Assembly: GCA_944321765.1 (NCBI GenBank)
Contig: CALUMQ010000024.1
Coordinates: forward strand, 40,514 to 104,513
DNA length: 64,000 nt
Source of the DNA: an uncultured Alistipes sp.
GTDB lineage: Bacteria > Bacteroidota > Bacteroidia > Bacteroidales > Rikenellaceae
Direction: 5' to 3'
The translations under genes were made by a program, and so were the position numbers. The number at the start of each line of letters is the position of its first letter. Position 1 is the stretch's first letter. Below, in pieces: positions 19,332 to 29,918 of this stretch. Below the pieces are notes generated by a model. It worked only from the letters and a program-made list of their open reading frames with translations. It did not search any database and was not told where the DNA came from.

Positions 19332-22300
19332 ATGAACAGCAATCTCGAACAATACCTCTCCGACGAGGGAAAAGTCCCCTACCGGTTCATGAAATACCGC
19401 ATCCACAAGATTCTGCTTGTGTGCTGCAGCTACGACGGATACATCCTCGAGGAGGACGGGCACATCGAGTCGCAGATCAACCAGGAGTACATCGACCTCA
19501 ACATGTCGAACCCCCCGTCGCTCACGCGCGTGAGCTCCACGGCCGAGGCGCTCGACGCCCTGGCCCGCGACGACTCCTACGACTTCATCCTCACGATGTA
19601 CAACGTCGGCGAACCCGATGTCTTCCACTTTGCGAAGATCGTCAAGGAGCGGCATCCCAACACCCCCGTGGCGCTGCTCACCTCCTTTTCGAAGGACATC
19701 TACCGCCGCATCGAGGAGCAGGACCACTCGGGTCTCGACTACATCTTCTCGTGGCACGGAAACACGGAGCTCATCATCGGCATCATCAAGCTCATCGAGG
19801 ACAAGATGAATGCCGACGAGGACATTCTCGAAGGGGGCGTGCAGGCCATTCTGCTCGTCGAGGACTCGATACGCTTCTATTCGACCTACCTCCCGGAGCT
19901 CTACAAGCTGATCCTGCTGCAGAACACCGAGTTTCTCAAGGACGCCTTCAACGAGCAGCAGCAGGTGCTGCGCAAACGCGCGCGGCCGAAGATCCTCCTG
20001 GCCCGCAGCTACGAGGAGGCCGCAGGGCTCTACGAACGCTACAAGAAGAATCTGCTGGGCGTGATCTCCGACGTGGGATTCGTGCTCCACGCGGGCGAAA
20101 GCTCCGAGCGGGAGAAGAGCGACGCCGGCATCGACCTCTGCCGCCGCATCCGCGAGGACAATCCGCTGATGCCCGTGCTGCTGCAGTCGTCGCAGACCTC
20201 CTTCGAGCAGCAGGCCCGGGAGCTCGGGGCGGGATTCATCGCCAAGAACTCCAAGACGCTCCTTTCGCAGCTGCGCGACTACATCTCCAAGGAGTTCGCC
20301 TTCGGGGATTTCGTCTTCAAGGATCCCGAAACGGGCGCCGAGATCGGACGGGCCAAGGACCTCACGCAGATGCAGCAGATGATCGCCACGATCCCCGACG
20401 ACGCCTTCGAATACCACACCTCGCAGAACCATCTCTCGAAATGGCTCTATTCGCGGGGACTCTTTCCGCTGGCCGCCTCGATCCGCCGCTACAACAAGAG
20501 CCACTTCACGTCGGTCGAGGAGCACCGGCGCGTGCTGGTGAACCTGATCCGCGACTACCGCACGCTGCTCGGGCAGGGTGTCGTGGCGCGCTTCGACCCC
20601 GAGACCTACTCCGACGCCGTGGCCTTCGCCCGCATCGGCGAAGGGTCGCTCGGCGGAAAGGCCCGCGGCCTGGCCTTCATGAACTCGATGCTCATCAAGC
20701 ACCGCCAGTACGACAAGCACCGCAACGTGCGGATCATGATCCCGCGCTCGGTGGTCATCGCCACGGGATACTTCGACCAGTTCATCGCCCAGAACGGTCT
20801 GCAATACCTCCTCACGCAGGATCTTCCCGACGAAGAGATCCTCTCGGAGTTCGTCGCCTCGACCATCCCGCTGCAGCTGCAGCAGGATCTGAAGGCCTAC
20901 ATCCGCACCGTGCACACGCCGCTGGCCGTGCGTTCGTCGTCGAAGCTCGAGGATTCGCACTACCAGCCCTTCGCCGGCATCTACTCCACCTACATGATCC
21001 CCTACACGGACAACGAGGACCAGATGCTGCGTCTGCTGCTGCGCGCCGTCAAAAGCGTCTACGCCTCGGTCTACTTCGCGGCGTCGAGGGCCTACATCGC
21101 CACGTCGCAGAACCTCATCTCGGAGGAGAAGATGGCCGTCATCATCCAGGAGGTGTGCGGCACGGAGCAGAACGGGCTCTTCTTCCCCACCTGCTCGGGG
21201 GTCGCACGCTCGATCAACTACTACCCCATCGGTGACGAGGAGCCCGCGGACGGCGTCTGCAACGTGGCCATGGGACTGGGCAAGCTGGTCGTCGACGGAG
21301 GACGCACGCTGCGCTTCTCACCCCGCTATCCGCAGAAGGTGCTCCAGACCTCGACGCCCGAACTGGCGCTGCGCGACACGCAGACCGAGGTGCTGGCGCT
21401 GAGCCTGCGTCCCGAGGAGTTCCGCACGTCGATCGACGACGCGGTGAACCTGCACCGGCTGAGCCTGCAGGAGATCGGCGACTACCGCAACTCGAAATAC
21501 GTCTGCTCGGTATGGGACCGCGAGAACGAGCGCATCTCGGACAGTCCGTTCGACCGGGGACGGAAGGTCATAACATTTAACAACATACTGAAGTACAACA
21601 CCTTCCCGCTGGCGGAGATCATCGCCGACATCCTCGCGATGGGTGCCGAGGAGATGCGCTGCCCGGTGGAGGTGGAGTTTGCCGTGAACATGGACGTCGC
21701 CCCGGGAAGCAAGCAGATCTTCAACCTGCTGCAGGTGCGCCCGATCATCGACAACCAGGACAACCGGGCCCTCGACTGGAGCACGGTCGACACCTCGCAG
21801 GCGCTGATCTACGGCGAGCAGGCCCTCGGCATCGGGCAGATGGCCGACATCGCGGACATCATCTATGTGAAGACCGACGCCTTCGATTCGCTCGCCACGG
21901 AGAAGATCGCCGACGAGCTGCTTGCGCTGAACAACCGCATGCGCGACGAAGGGCGTGCGTACATCCTCGTAGGCCCCGGACGCTGGGGATCTTCGGATCC
22001 CTTTCTGGGGGTTCCGGTGCGCTGGAACCACATCTCCGAGGCAAAGGTCATCGTCGAGTGCGGCATCGCCCGCTTCGACGTCGAACCCTCGCAGGGCACG
22101 CACTTCTTCCAGAATGTCACCTCGCTGGGCGTCGGATACCTGACAATCAACCCCTTCCGCGGCGACGGCATCTTCCGCGAGGAGGAGCTCAATGCCCGGG
22201 AGGCGCTCTACGACGGAACCTATCTGCGGCAGGTGCGCTTCGAGCATCCGCTGTGGGTCTGCATCGACGGGCGTTCGAACAAGGGCATGGTGTGCGAAGA

Positions 22301-22391
22301 GCCTGTCGACACGGCGGAAGGGCATGAACCGGAGGGCGAGTTCCGCCACCCCTCCGGGGAGACTTTGCCGCCCGATGAGAGATCGGCATAA
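19332..22391 (+). CDS. Receiver-domain / PEP-synthase nucleotide-binding (PPDK_N) domain fusion protein
   Basis: REC-like ILLVEDS..GVISDV..LLQS..FIAK; GGKARGL, PLAVRSSSKLED..FAGIY, GLGK, VEFAVN, LLQVRP; upstream of gdhA. Confidence 0.88.
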   Translation: MNSNLEQYLSDEGKVPYRFMKYRIHKILLVCCSYDGYILEEDGHIESQINQEYIDLNMSNPPSLTRVSSTAEALDALARDDSYDFILTMYNVGEPDVFHFAKIVKERHPNTPVALLTSFSKDIYRRIEEQDHSGLDYIFSWHGNTELIIGIIKLIEDKMNADEDILEGGVQAILLVEDSIRFYSTYLPELYKLILLQNTEFLKDAFNEQQQVLRKRARPKILLARSYEEAAGLYERYKKNLLGVISDVGFVLHAGESSEREKSDAGIDLCRRIREDNPLMPVLLQSSQTSFEQQARELGAGFIAKNSKTLLSQLRDYISKEFAFGDFVFKDPETGAEIGRAKDLTQMQQMIATIPDDAFEYHTSQNHLSKWLYSRGLFPLAASIRRYNKSHFTSVEEHRRVLVNLIRDYRTLLGQGVVARFDPETYSDAVAFARIGEGSLGGKARGLAFMNSMLIKHRQYDKHRNVRIMIPRSVVIATGYFDQFIAQNGLQYLLTQDLPDEEILSEFVASTIPLQLQQDLKAYIRTVHTPLAVRSSSKLEDSHYQPFAGIYSTYMIPYTDNEDQMLRLLLRAVKSVYASVYFAASRAYIATSQNLISEEKMAVIIQEVCGTEQNGLFFPTCSGVARSINYYPIGDEEPADGVCNVAMGLGKLVVDGGRTLRFSPRYPQKVLQTSTPELALRDTQTEVLALSLRPEEFRTSIDDAVNLHRLSLQEIGDYRNSKYVCSVWDRENERISDSPFDRGRKVITFNNILKYNTFPLAEIIADILAMGAEEMRCPVEVEFAVNMDVAPGSKQIFNLLQVRPIIDNQDNRALDWSTVDTSQALIYGEQALGIGQMADIADIIYVKTDAFDSLATEKIADELLALNNRMRDEGRAYILVGPGRWGSSDPFLGVPVRWNHISEAKVIVECGIARFDVEPSQGTHFFQNVTSLGVGYLTINPFRGDGIFREEELNAREALYDGTYLRQVRFEHPLWVCIDGRSNKGMVCEEPVDTAEGHEPEGEFRHPSGETLPPDERSA

Positions 22392-22430
22392 AATTTCCGA
22401 GAAAAAGTTACAACCCATAAGAAATATTTC

Positions 22431-22438
22431 TATATTTG
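22431..22438 (+). promoter_or_regulatory. -7 box TATATTTG for gdhA
   Basis: TATATTTG in AT-rich intergenic region. Confidence 0.55.
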
Positions 22439-22539
22439 TGTGGAAATGAAAAATCCGGCAACACATCGGGTGTGAAATCCGGAACAAGGGCGCAAGCCGA
22501 AATCGTTGGAAGAACCAACCTTTCAAAACTTCAATAATT

Positions 22540-23877
22540 ATGAATGTCAACAAACTGATGGCAGACCTCGAGCGGAAGCATCCCGGCGAGAGCGAATACC
22601 TGCAAGCCGTGCGTGAGGTGCTGATGACCGTGGAGGAGACCTACAACCAGCATCCGGAGTTCGAGGCCAACCGCATCGCGGAGCGTATCGTGGAACCCGA
22701 CCGCATCTTCACCTTCAAGGTGGTATGGGTCGACGACAAGGGCGAGGTACAGGTGAATACCGGCTACCGCATCCAGTTCAACAACGCCATCGGCCCCTAC
22801 AAGGGCGGGTTGCGCTTCCATCCCTCGGTGAACCCCTCGATTCTGAAGTTCCTGGGATTCGAGCAGATCTTCAAGAACGCCCTCACGACACTGCCCATGG
22901 GCGGTGCCAAGGGAGGTTCGGACTTCAACCCCAAGGGCAAGTCGGACCGCGAGGTCATGCGTTTCTGCCAGGCCTTCATGACCGAGCTGTGGCGCCACAT
23001 CGGTCCCGAGACCGACGTCCCGGCCGGTGACATCGGCGTCGGAGGCCGCGAAATCGGCTACCTCTACGGCATGTACCGCAAGCTGGCCCGCGAAAATACG
23101 GGCGTGCTGACCGGCAAGGGCATGACCTACGGAGGCTCGCTCATCCGTCCCGAGGCCACGGGATTCGGCGCCGTCTATTTCCTGCGCCAGATGCTTCAGA
23201 AGGCCGGGATGGACATTCAGGGGCAGACGATCGCCATCTCGGGATTCGGCAACGTCGCCTGGGGTGCCGCAACCAAAGCCACGGAGCTCGGCGCCAAGGT
23301 CGTAACCATCTCGGGACCCGACGGATACGTCTATGATCCCGACGGACTCGATGCCGAGAAGATCGCCTACATGCTGGAGCTGCGCGCCTCGAACAACGAC
23401 GTCGTGGAGCCCTACGTGAAGAAGTTCCCCGGCGCGAAGTTCTTCGCAGGACGCAAGCCCTGGGAGGTCAAGGTCGATATCGCCATGCCGTGCGCCACGC
23501 AGAACGAGCTCGACGGCGAAGATGCCAAGAAGCTGCTGGCCAACGGTGTGAAGGTCGTTGCCGAGGTTTCGAACATGGGCTGCCGCCCGGAGGCCATCGA
23601 CGCCTTCCTTGCGGCGAAGATCCCCTACGGCCCGGGCAAGGCGGTCAACGCCGGCGGCGTGGCCACCTCGGGACTCGAAATGACGCAGAACGCCCAGAAG
23701 CTCAACTGGACGGCCGAGGAGGTCGATGCCAAGCTGCATCAGATCATGTCGTCGATCCACCATGCCTGCCTGGAGTACGGCACCGAGGCCGACGGATACA
23801 TCAACTACATGAAGGGCGCCAACATCGCCGGATTCATGAAGGTCGCCAAGTCGATGGTCGAGCAGGGCATTATCTGA
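22540..23877 (+). CDS. gdhA: NAD(P)-specific glutamate dehydrogenase
   Basis: GPYKGGLRFHP, LPMGGAKGG, DVPAGDIGVG, RPEATG, GFGNVA, NAGGVATS. Confidence 0.97.
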   Translation: MNVNKLMADLERKHPGESEYLQAVREVLMTVEETYNQHPEFEANRIAERIVEPDRIFTFKVVWVDDKGEVQVNTGYRIQFNNAIGPYKGGLRFHPSVNPSILKFLGFEQIFKNALTTLPMGGAKGGSDFNPKGKSDREVMRFCQAFMTELWRHIGPETDVPAGDIGVGGREIGYLYGMYRKLARENTGVLTGKGMTYGGSLIRPEATGFGAVYFLRQMLQKAGMDIQGQTIAISGFGNVAWGAATKATELGAKVVTISGPDGYVYDPDGLDAEKIAYMLELRASNNDVVEPYVKKFPGAKFFAGRKPWEVKVDIAMPCATQNELDGEDAKKLLANGVKVVAEVSNMGCRPEAIDAFLAAKIPYGPGKAVNAGGVATSGLEMTQNAQKLNWTAEEVDAKLHQIMSSIHHACLEYGTEADGYINYMKGANIAGFMKVAKSMVEQGII

Positions 23878-23944
23878 TGCCCCGCCGCCCAAGGCGGCAA
23901 CACAAGACACATGCGGGAGATGCCCGGGCACTGCCGCAACAACG

Positions 23945-23980
23945 GACGACAGGTCGGAAAATCCGACCTGTCGTTTTTTT
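23945..23980 (+). terminator. Intrinsic terminator after gdhA
   Basis: gacgacaggtcgga-aaa-tccgacctgtcg + T7. Confidence 0.85.
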
Positions 23981-24051
23981 ACCCGGCAAGGACCGCAGAG
24001 CCCTTGCAAAAGACGAATCCTCGCGGCCGAACGGCGCTCCCGGGCATGGAA

Positions 24052-24083
24052 GTTGCAGATTCGTTCCAAAAGAGGTACCTTTG
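24052..24083 (+). promoter_or_regulatory. sigma70 promoter for flavodoxin-like pair
   Basis: GTTG, 20-nt spacer, TACCTTTG 24076-83. Confidence 0.6.
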
Positions 24084-24171
24084 CCCCGAGTTATTCAAGA
24101 AATACAAACGCCCGGGGAGGAGCCCGGACCCGATCCGCCCTCCCGCAAGGGACCAAACAGCCTTTAAACAC

Positions 24172-24687
24172 ATGAAGTTGATACTCAGCGACAAGAAACT
24201 CGGAATCTCGCGACCCGACAATCCCGGGATCGAGATCATCGACCTCTCCGCACTGAAGATCGCCAACTGCGTAGGATGCTTCGGCTGCTGGACCCGGACC
24301 CCGGGACGGTGCGTCATTCGCGATGACGCCACCCGGGTCTATCCGCTCATTGCCCGAAGCGATACGTTGCTCTACGTGAGCCGCATCCGGTACGGAGGCT
24401 ACGACAGTGTGATGAAGACCATGCTCGAACGCGCCATTCCGATCCAGCAGGCCTTCATCCGCCTCTACAAGGGTGAGACACACCACCTGCAGCGCGCCGT
24501 GGAGCCGAAACACGCCACCATCATCGCCTACGGAGCCACCTCCGAGGAGGAGAAGCGGCTCTTCGAGCAGCTCGTCGCCCGGAACGCCTGCAACATGAAT
24601 TTTGTGAGCCACAGGATCCTCTTCGTCGAGGAGTCCGAGCTCGACGTCACGGTAACCAATGTCTTGAAAGAATGGGAAAGATCCTGA
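24172..24687 (+). CDS. Flavodoxin-fold / iron-sulfur flavoprotein-like protein
   Basis: CVGCFGCWTRTPGRCVIRDD Cys motif; ATG at 24172. Confidence 0.8.
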   Translation: MKLILSDKKLGISRPDNPGIEIIDLSALKIANCVGCFGCWTRTPGRCVIRDDATRVYPLIARSDTLLYVSRIRYGGYDSVMKTMLERAIPIQQAFIRLYKGETHHLQRAVEPKHATIIAYGATSEEEKRLFEQLVARNACNMNFVSHRILFVEESELDVTVTNVLKEWERS

Positions 24688-25277
24688 TCCTGAACGGCAG
24701 CCCCCGGGCGCCCCACTCGAACTCGAAGCGTTATGCCGGGCTCTTTACAAAGCACTGCCCGGTTGAGTGCACCTATGCCAATCTCACGAAAAGGAACCAC
24801 GCCGAACTCCGATCCCGGATGGACGACTGTTCGGACCTGCTGCTCGTCTTTCCGCTGTATGCCGACGCCCTGCCGGTCGGACTGCTGAACTTTCTGAAGT
24901 TTCTGGAGGCCAATCCTCCGGTCCGGAAGCCCGTCGTCTCCGTACTGATCAACTGCGGATTCCTCGAATACCGGCAGAATGAAACTGCCGTACGGATGGT
25001 GCGTCTCTTCTGCCGCCAAAACGGATACGAATTCGGCTCGGTGCTGATGCTGGGCGGCGGCGAAGCCATTCTCGACACACCCTTCCGCTTCGTGGCCGCG
25101 CGCAAGATCGGAAAACTGGCCCGGGCCGTAGCTGCCGGACGCCGGATCGAACTGCACGCCACGATGCCCGTGACGAAGCGGATGTTCATCTGGGCCTCGA
25201 CCCGCTACTGGGTCGGCTACGGCGCAAAATTCGGCGTAACCAAGGAACAGATGCAGACTCCGGAGATCGAATCCTGA
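24672..25277 (+). CDS. Flavodoxin-fold NAD(P)H-dependent FMN reductase-like protein
   Basis: ILNGSPR..SNS, FPLYADALP, INCGF; overlaps upstream gene by 16 nt. Confidence 0.82.
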   Translation: MGKILILNGSPRAPHSNSKRYAGLFTKHCPVECTYANLTKRNHAELRSRMDDCSDLLLVFPLYADALPVGLLNFLKFLEANPPVRKPVVSVLINCGFLEYRQNETAVRMVRLFCRQNGYEFGSVLMLGGGEAILDTPFRFVAARKIGKLARAVAAGRRIELHATMPVTKRMFIWASTRYWVGYGAKFGVTKEQMQTPEIES

Positions 25278-25313
25278 TCCGTCGTAGCGGGTGCACGACC
25301 CGCCTCACACGAC

Positions 25314-25341
25314 AAGGACCGCCACACGGGCGGTCCTTTTT
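25314..25341 (+). terminator. Intrinsic terminator
   Basis: aaggaccgcc-acacg-ggcggtcc + ttttt. Confidence 0.8.
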
Positions 25342-25506
25342 CTGTTTTCTGTCCGAAGATTTCCCGCCTTCCGAAGACCGGCACATCGTCGCCATAGCGC
25401 CATCCGCAGCCGGGATTACCCCGGGGCCTCGGGCGGAATCCGCCGAAAAGGTTCGTGCGAAAAAATCCGAGGTTCATCATCAAAGTCCTCCGGATCGTTG
25501 AATTTA

Positions 25507-25538
25507 TTTGCAGCAACTCCCTGACCTCGATATATTTG
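25507..25538 (+). promoter_or_regulatory. sigma70 promoter
   Basis: TTTG 25507-10, 20-nt spacer, TATATTTG 25531-38. Confidence 0.7.
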
Positions 25539-25561
25539 CATCCGTCAACCATTAAAAAACG

Positions 25562-26161
25562 ATGAAAGGCATGAAACGAATCACAAACCGAGTGGGTGCC
25601 GCCGTGCTGGCTCTCCTTACCCTGGCAAGCGTTGCCTGCAACAAGAATGACAAAAAAGAGAGTGATCCGAACCTCACGCTGCAGAACGTGACGGGACAAT
25701 ACGTCGGGACCTTCGACTTCACCCCGGCCCCCAGCGCCATCAACCCCAACCCGCAACCCGAGACGGGCATTGACATATCCTTCGAGGTGACCCCGTCCGG
25801 AGCGGTGCACTTCCCCGAATTCCCCGCAGCGACACTGGTCAAGGCGCTGATGGGCGAGGGAGCCGATGCGCTCATCTCGGCGCTGGGCACAATCTCCTAC
25901 GATGCAACGCTCGGCACGCCGACGGCCGATGCCTCGAAGCTTTCGGCGCCGCTCGCCACTCCGGTACTGCGCATCGAGATCGCAGCGCTGCAGATGGTCG
26001 TACTGGTCACGATCGAGGCTCCCGAACAGTTCTCCTACACGAAGTCGGGCGAAGCGACCTTCACGCTCAAGACCACGAAGTGTCAGTTGGGTGAGGGCGA
26101 AATGGCCGGCGAGCCGTTCGACCTGGTCAACACGCTGAAGTTCACGGCTAAGAAGCAATAA
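25562..26161 (+). CDS. Lipoprotein, DUF4840-like beta protein
   Basis: Lipobox SVAC-NKNDKKE; VTGQYVGTF, FPEFPAATLV; own promoter and terminator. Confidence 0.65.
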   Translation: MKGMKRITNRVGAAVLALLTLASVACNKNDKKESDPNLTLQNVTGQYVGTFDFTPAPSAINPNPQPETGIDISFEVTPSGAVHFPEFPAATLVKALMGEGADALISALGTISYDATLGTPTADASKLSAPLATPVLRIEIAALQMVVLVTIEAPEQFSYTKSGEATFTLKTTKCQLGEGEMAGEPFDLVNTLKFTAKKQ

Positions 26162-26190
26162 ACAGACGAAACGTCATTCGGTCAGACAAC

Positions 26191-26224
26191 AAAGAGGGCT
26201 GCCCCGTCGGGGCAGCCCTCTTTT
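26191..26224. terminator. Bidirectional terminator
   Basis: aaagagggctgcccc-gtc-ggggcagccctctttt. Confidence 0.85.
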
Positions 26225-26295
26225 CGTCATAACATCCGGGACCGCATCGGACGCCGGGCGCATGGCCGACGCCGCATGCGACAACCCGGGCCGTA

Positions 26296-27630
26296 TTACA
26301 GACGCGCCTTGATGGCCTTCGAAGCCTCCTCGTAACCGGGCTTCTCCAGCAGCGCGAACATGTTCTTCTTGTAGGCCTCGACACCCGGCTGGTCGAAGGG
26401 ATTCACGCCCAGCAGGTAGCCGCTGATGCCGCACGCCTTCTCGAAGAAGTAGAGCAGCGAGCCGAGCACCTCGGCCGAGATCTCCGGGATCTCCACACGC
26501 AGGTTGGGAACGCCTCCGTCGACATGAGCCAACTGCACACCCAGTTCGGCCATGCGGTTGACCTGCGAAATGCGCTTCCCGGCCAGGTAGTTCAGTCCGT
26601 CGAGGTTCTCGGCATCCGCCTCGATGACGACTTCGGCCGCGGGCTTCACCACCGAGATGATCGTCTCGAAGAGCGTGCGCTCGCCCTGCTGGATGTACTG
26701 GCCCATGGAGTGCAGGTCGGCCGTCAGCGTGACGCTTGCCGGGAAGATGCCCTTGCCGTCCTTGCCCTCGCTCTCGCCGTAGAGCTGCTTCCACCACTCG
26801 TTGATGTACTGCAGTTTCGGCTCATAGGATCCGAGGATTTCGATCTTCTTGCCCGAAGCATAGAGGGCGTTGCGCACCGTGGCATAGATGGCCGAGGGGT
26901 TCTCGTCGAAGGCTACACCCTCCGAGGTGGCCTTCTCCATCTCCTGCGCACCGCGCACCAGTGCGGCGATGTCGACACCGGCCACGGCCAGCGGCAGCAG
27001 TCCTACGGGAGTCAGCACCGAGAAGCGTCCGCCCACGTCGTCGGGAATGACGAACGTCGGATAACCCTCCTGCGTAGCCAGCGTCTTCAGTGCTCCGCGC
27101 GCCTTGTCGGTTACGGCCACGATACGCTCGGCAGCCTCCTGCTTGCCGTAACGCTTCTCGATCTCGGCCTTGATCAGACGGAAGGCGATGGCCGGCTCGG
27201 TCGTCGTGCCCGACTTGGAGATCACGATCGCGGCGATCGAATGCTCCTTCAGGGCATCGAAGAGTTCGGCGGTGTAGTCCTCCGAGATATTCTGTCCGGC
27301 AAAGATCACCGTGGGGTTCTTCTGCTCCTTGTGCAGCAGTTTGAACGGATCGCTCATCGCCTCAAGCACGGCCTTGGCGCCGAGGTACGAGCCTCCGATA
27401 CCGATGCAGACCACCACGTCGGCCTTGGCGCGCAGCTTGGCGGCCTGAGCCTCAATCGTGCGGATCTGCTCGCCGGAGATCGACGACGGCAGGTGCACCC
27501 ATCCCAGAAAATCGTTCCCCGCACCCTTGCCCGAATGCAGCAGGGCGTTGGCGGCCAGGGCTTTCTCTTTCATCTCGGCGGTAATCTCGATACCGCTCTT
27601 GGCGATGTCCAGTTTCACGTTTTTCATCAT
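26296..27630 (-). CDS. pgi: Glucose-6-phosphate isomerase
   Basis: [43 protein letters not shown]. Confidence 0.97.
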   Translation of the reverse strand: MMKNVKLDIAKSGIEITAEMKEKALAANALLHSGKGAGNDFLGWVHLPSSISGEQIRTIEAQAAKLRAKADVVVCIGIGGSYLGAKAVLEAMSDPFKLLHKEQKNPTVIFAGQNISEDYTAELFDALKEHSIAAIVISKSGTTTEPAIAFRLIKAEIEKRYGKQEAAERIVAVTDKARGALKTLATQEGYPTFVIPDDVGGRFSVLTPVGLLPLAVAGVDIAALVRGAQEMEKATSEGVAFDENPSAIYATVRNALYASGKKIEILGSYEPKLQYINEWWKQLYGESEGKDGKGIFPASVTLTADLHSMGQYIQQGERTLFETIISVVKPAAEVVIEADAENLDGLNYLAGKRISQVNRMAELGVQLAHVDGGVPNLRVEIPEISAEVLGSLLYFFEKACGISGYLLGVNPFDQPGVEAYKKNMFALLEKPGYEEASKAIKARL

Positions 27631-27637
27631 ATCTTTG

Positions 27638-28645
27638 TCAAATGAGTTTGGTTGTCAGTTGCTGCATCTCCCGGCGGGCCGAGGCTCCCTCGTAGAGCAC
27701 CCGGTAGACCATCTCCGCGATGGGCATCTCGATGCGATGGCGCAGGTTGATGTGGCGAATGCACTCCGCGGCGAAGTAGCCTTCGGCCACCATCGTCATC
27801 TCGTTGAGCGCGCTCTTCACCGTGCATCCGTGGCCGATGAGCAGTCCCAGACGGCGGTTGCGGCTGTAGGTCGAGTAGCAGGTCACCAGCAGGTCGCCCA
27901 GGTAAGCCGAGACCTGCGTGTTGCGCTCCGACGGGTAGCTCTCCTCCAGGAAACGCGTCATCTCCCCGGCGGCATTGGCTATGAGCACCGCCAGGAAGTT
28001 GTCCCCGTAGCCCAGCCCCACGGCAAGGCCCACGGCAAGGGCGTAGATGTTCTTGAGAATGGCGGCATATTCGATGCCATAGATGTCGGACGAATAGCTC
28101 AGGCGGATGTTTCCGGCTGAAAACTTCTCGCCGATCACACGGGCGTTGTCGGGATCGGTGCAGACGACCGTCAGGTAGGAGAGCTTCCCGCGCGACACCT
28201 CCTCGGCATGCGAGGGACCCGAGAAGAGTCCGATCTGTCCGAAGGAGAGCCCGTAGCGGTCGCGGACATACTCCGCGACGGTCTGGTATTCGCCGGGGAC
28301 GATACCCTTGATGGCCGAGACGACGAACTTGTCGGCAAGCGGCACGGTGAGCGGCGCCAGAAACTCCTTGAGATAGGCCGAAGGGGTGGCGAGGATCACA
28401 ATGTCGGCATCGCGGATCACGGCGTCGAGATCGCCCGAGGGGGCGATGCGCGTGCGGTCGAACTCCACGTCGCTCAGGTAGCGCGGATTGCGGCCTTCGC
28501 GCAGAAGCGTTTCGAGCACCTCGGGATTGCGGACATACCACCCTACGCGCTCCTCACCCGCCGCAAGCAGCCCTGCGATGGCCGTGGCCCAGCTTCCATG
28601 ACCGATGACGGCACAACGGGCCGCGGGATCTATTCTGTGTTCCAT
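27638..28645 (-). CDS. gpsA: NAD(P)H-dependent glycerol-3-phosphate dehydrogenase
   Basis: [44 protein letters not shown]. Confidence 0.95.
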   Translation of the reverse strand: MEHRIDPAARCAVIGHGSWATAIAGLLAAGEERVGWYVRNPEVLETLLREGRNPRYLSDVEFDRTRIAPSGDLDAVIRDADIVILATPSAYLKEFLAPLTVPLADKFVVSAIKGIVPGEYQTVAEYVRDRYGLSFGQIGLFSGPSHAEEVSRGKLSYLTVVCTDPDNARVIGEKFSAGNIRLSYSSDIYGIEYAAILKNIYALAVGLAVGLGYGDNFLAVLIANAAGEMTRFLEESYPSERNTQVSAYLGDLLVTCYSTYSRNRRLGLLIGHGCTVKSALNEMTMVAEGYFAAECIRHINLRHRIEMPIAEMVYRVLYEGASARREMQQLTTKLI

Positions 28646-28671
28646 TCCGGAGAGAATCATTTTTCGCACGA

Positions 28672-28733
28672 CAAATGTAAATAAAAAAATCCTAAAAAAA
28701 TACAGAAAGTTCCGGGGCTTTTTGCTACCTTTG
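28672..28733. promoter_or_regulatory. Divergent promoters gpsA / mreB
   Basis: caaatgta (TACATTTG on minus) 28672-79 and TACCTTTG 28726-33. Confidence 0.65.
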
Positions 28734-28832
28734 TCCGGATATGTGGCCTTACGCACCGAATGCCGCCGGGTCACGTCGTCATTTCATTGAAAATAAACAA
28801 CTTCACGAAATAGAACCGCTGGGTGTAAGATT

Positions 28833-29852
28833 ATGGGACTTTTTTCTTTGACACAGGAACTGGCCATCGACCTCGGAACGGCCAACACACTGATCATCTA
28901 CAACGGCAAGGTCGTCGTCGACGAACCTTCGATCGTGGCTCTCGACGTCCACACCAACAAGCTCGTCGCCATCGGTCACCAGGCCCATCAGATGCACGAG
29001 CGCACCAATCCGAACATCAAGACCATCCGCCCGCTCAAGGACGGCGTGATCGCCGACTTCAACGCCACGGAACTCATGCTCCGCGGCATGATCAAGAAGG
29101 TGAAGACCTCCGGAAGCCTCTTCGCCCCCTCGCTGCGCATGGTCATCTGCATCCCCTCGGGATCGACCAACGTCGAGATCCGCGCCGTGCGCGACTCGGC
29201 CGAACACGCCGGAGGCCGCGAGGTCTACATGATCTACGAACCGATGGCCGCCGCCCTGGGCGCAGGCCTCGACGTCGAGGCCCCCGAAGGCAACATGGTC
29301 ATCGACATCGGCGGCGGAACGTCGGAGATCGCCTGCATCTCGCTCGGCGGCATCGTCTGCTCGGAGTCGATCAACATCGCCGGTGACGTCTTCACCAACG
29401 ACATCCAGAGCTACGTCCGCCAGCAGCACAACATCCGCATCGGCGAACGCACGGCCGAAGCCATCAAGTGCGCCATCGGTGCGGCAGTCTCCGATCTGGA
29501 GCAGGAGCCCGAAGACTTCGTCGTCACGGGCCCCAACATGCTCACGGCCCTTCCCCAGACCGTCTCGCTCTCCTACAGCGAGATCGCCTACGCCCTGGAG
29601 AAGTCGCTCGCCAAGGTCGACGCCGCCCTGATGAAGGTCCTCGAATCGATGCCCCCCGAGCTGTATGCCGACATCGTGAAGAACGGCATCTACCTGGCCG
29701 GCGGCGGCGCCCTGATCAAGGGACTCGACCGACGCCTCAACCAGCGCACCGGCATTCCGTTCCACATCGCCGAGGACCCGCTCCGCGCCATCGCCCGCGG
29801 CACGGGCATCGCCCTGAAGAACATCAACCGGTTCTCGTTCCTGATGAAATAA
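28833..29852 (+). CDS. mreB: Rod shape-determining protein MreB
   Basis: AIDLGTANT, RPLKDGVIADF, DIGGGTSE, LAGGGAL. Confidence 0.97.
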   Translation: MGLFSLTQELAIDLGTANTLIIYNGKVVVDEPSIVALDVHTNKLVAIGHQAHQMHERTNPNIKTIRPLKDGVIADFNATELMLRGMIKKVKTSGSLFAPSLRMVICIPSGSTNVEIRAVRDSAEHAGGREVYMIYEPMAAALGAGLDVEAPEGNMVIDIGGGTSEIACISLGGIVCSESINIAGDVFTNDIQSYVRQQHNIRIGERTAEAIKCAIGAAVSDLEQEPEDFVVTGPNMLTALPQTVSLSYSEIAYALEKSLAKVDAALMKVLESMPPELYADIVKNGIYLAGGGALIKGLDRRLNQRTGIPFHIAEDPLRAIARGTGIALKNINRFSFLMK

Positions 29853-29918
29853 CACGCCCGGAAACGATACACGCCGGATTGCGGAGTCCGCTCCGCAGTC
29901 CCAATCAAGACAGCAACC

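Noticed and set aside
22531-24069. 512-aa ORF antisense to gdhA
   Set aside because: Antisense shadow of a highly biased gene; no start context or motifs
28646-28832. Invertible promoter in AT-rich divergent regions (also 39327-39410)
   Set aside because: No flanking inverted repeats enclosing the promoter and no recombinase in the window
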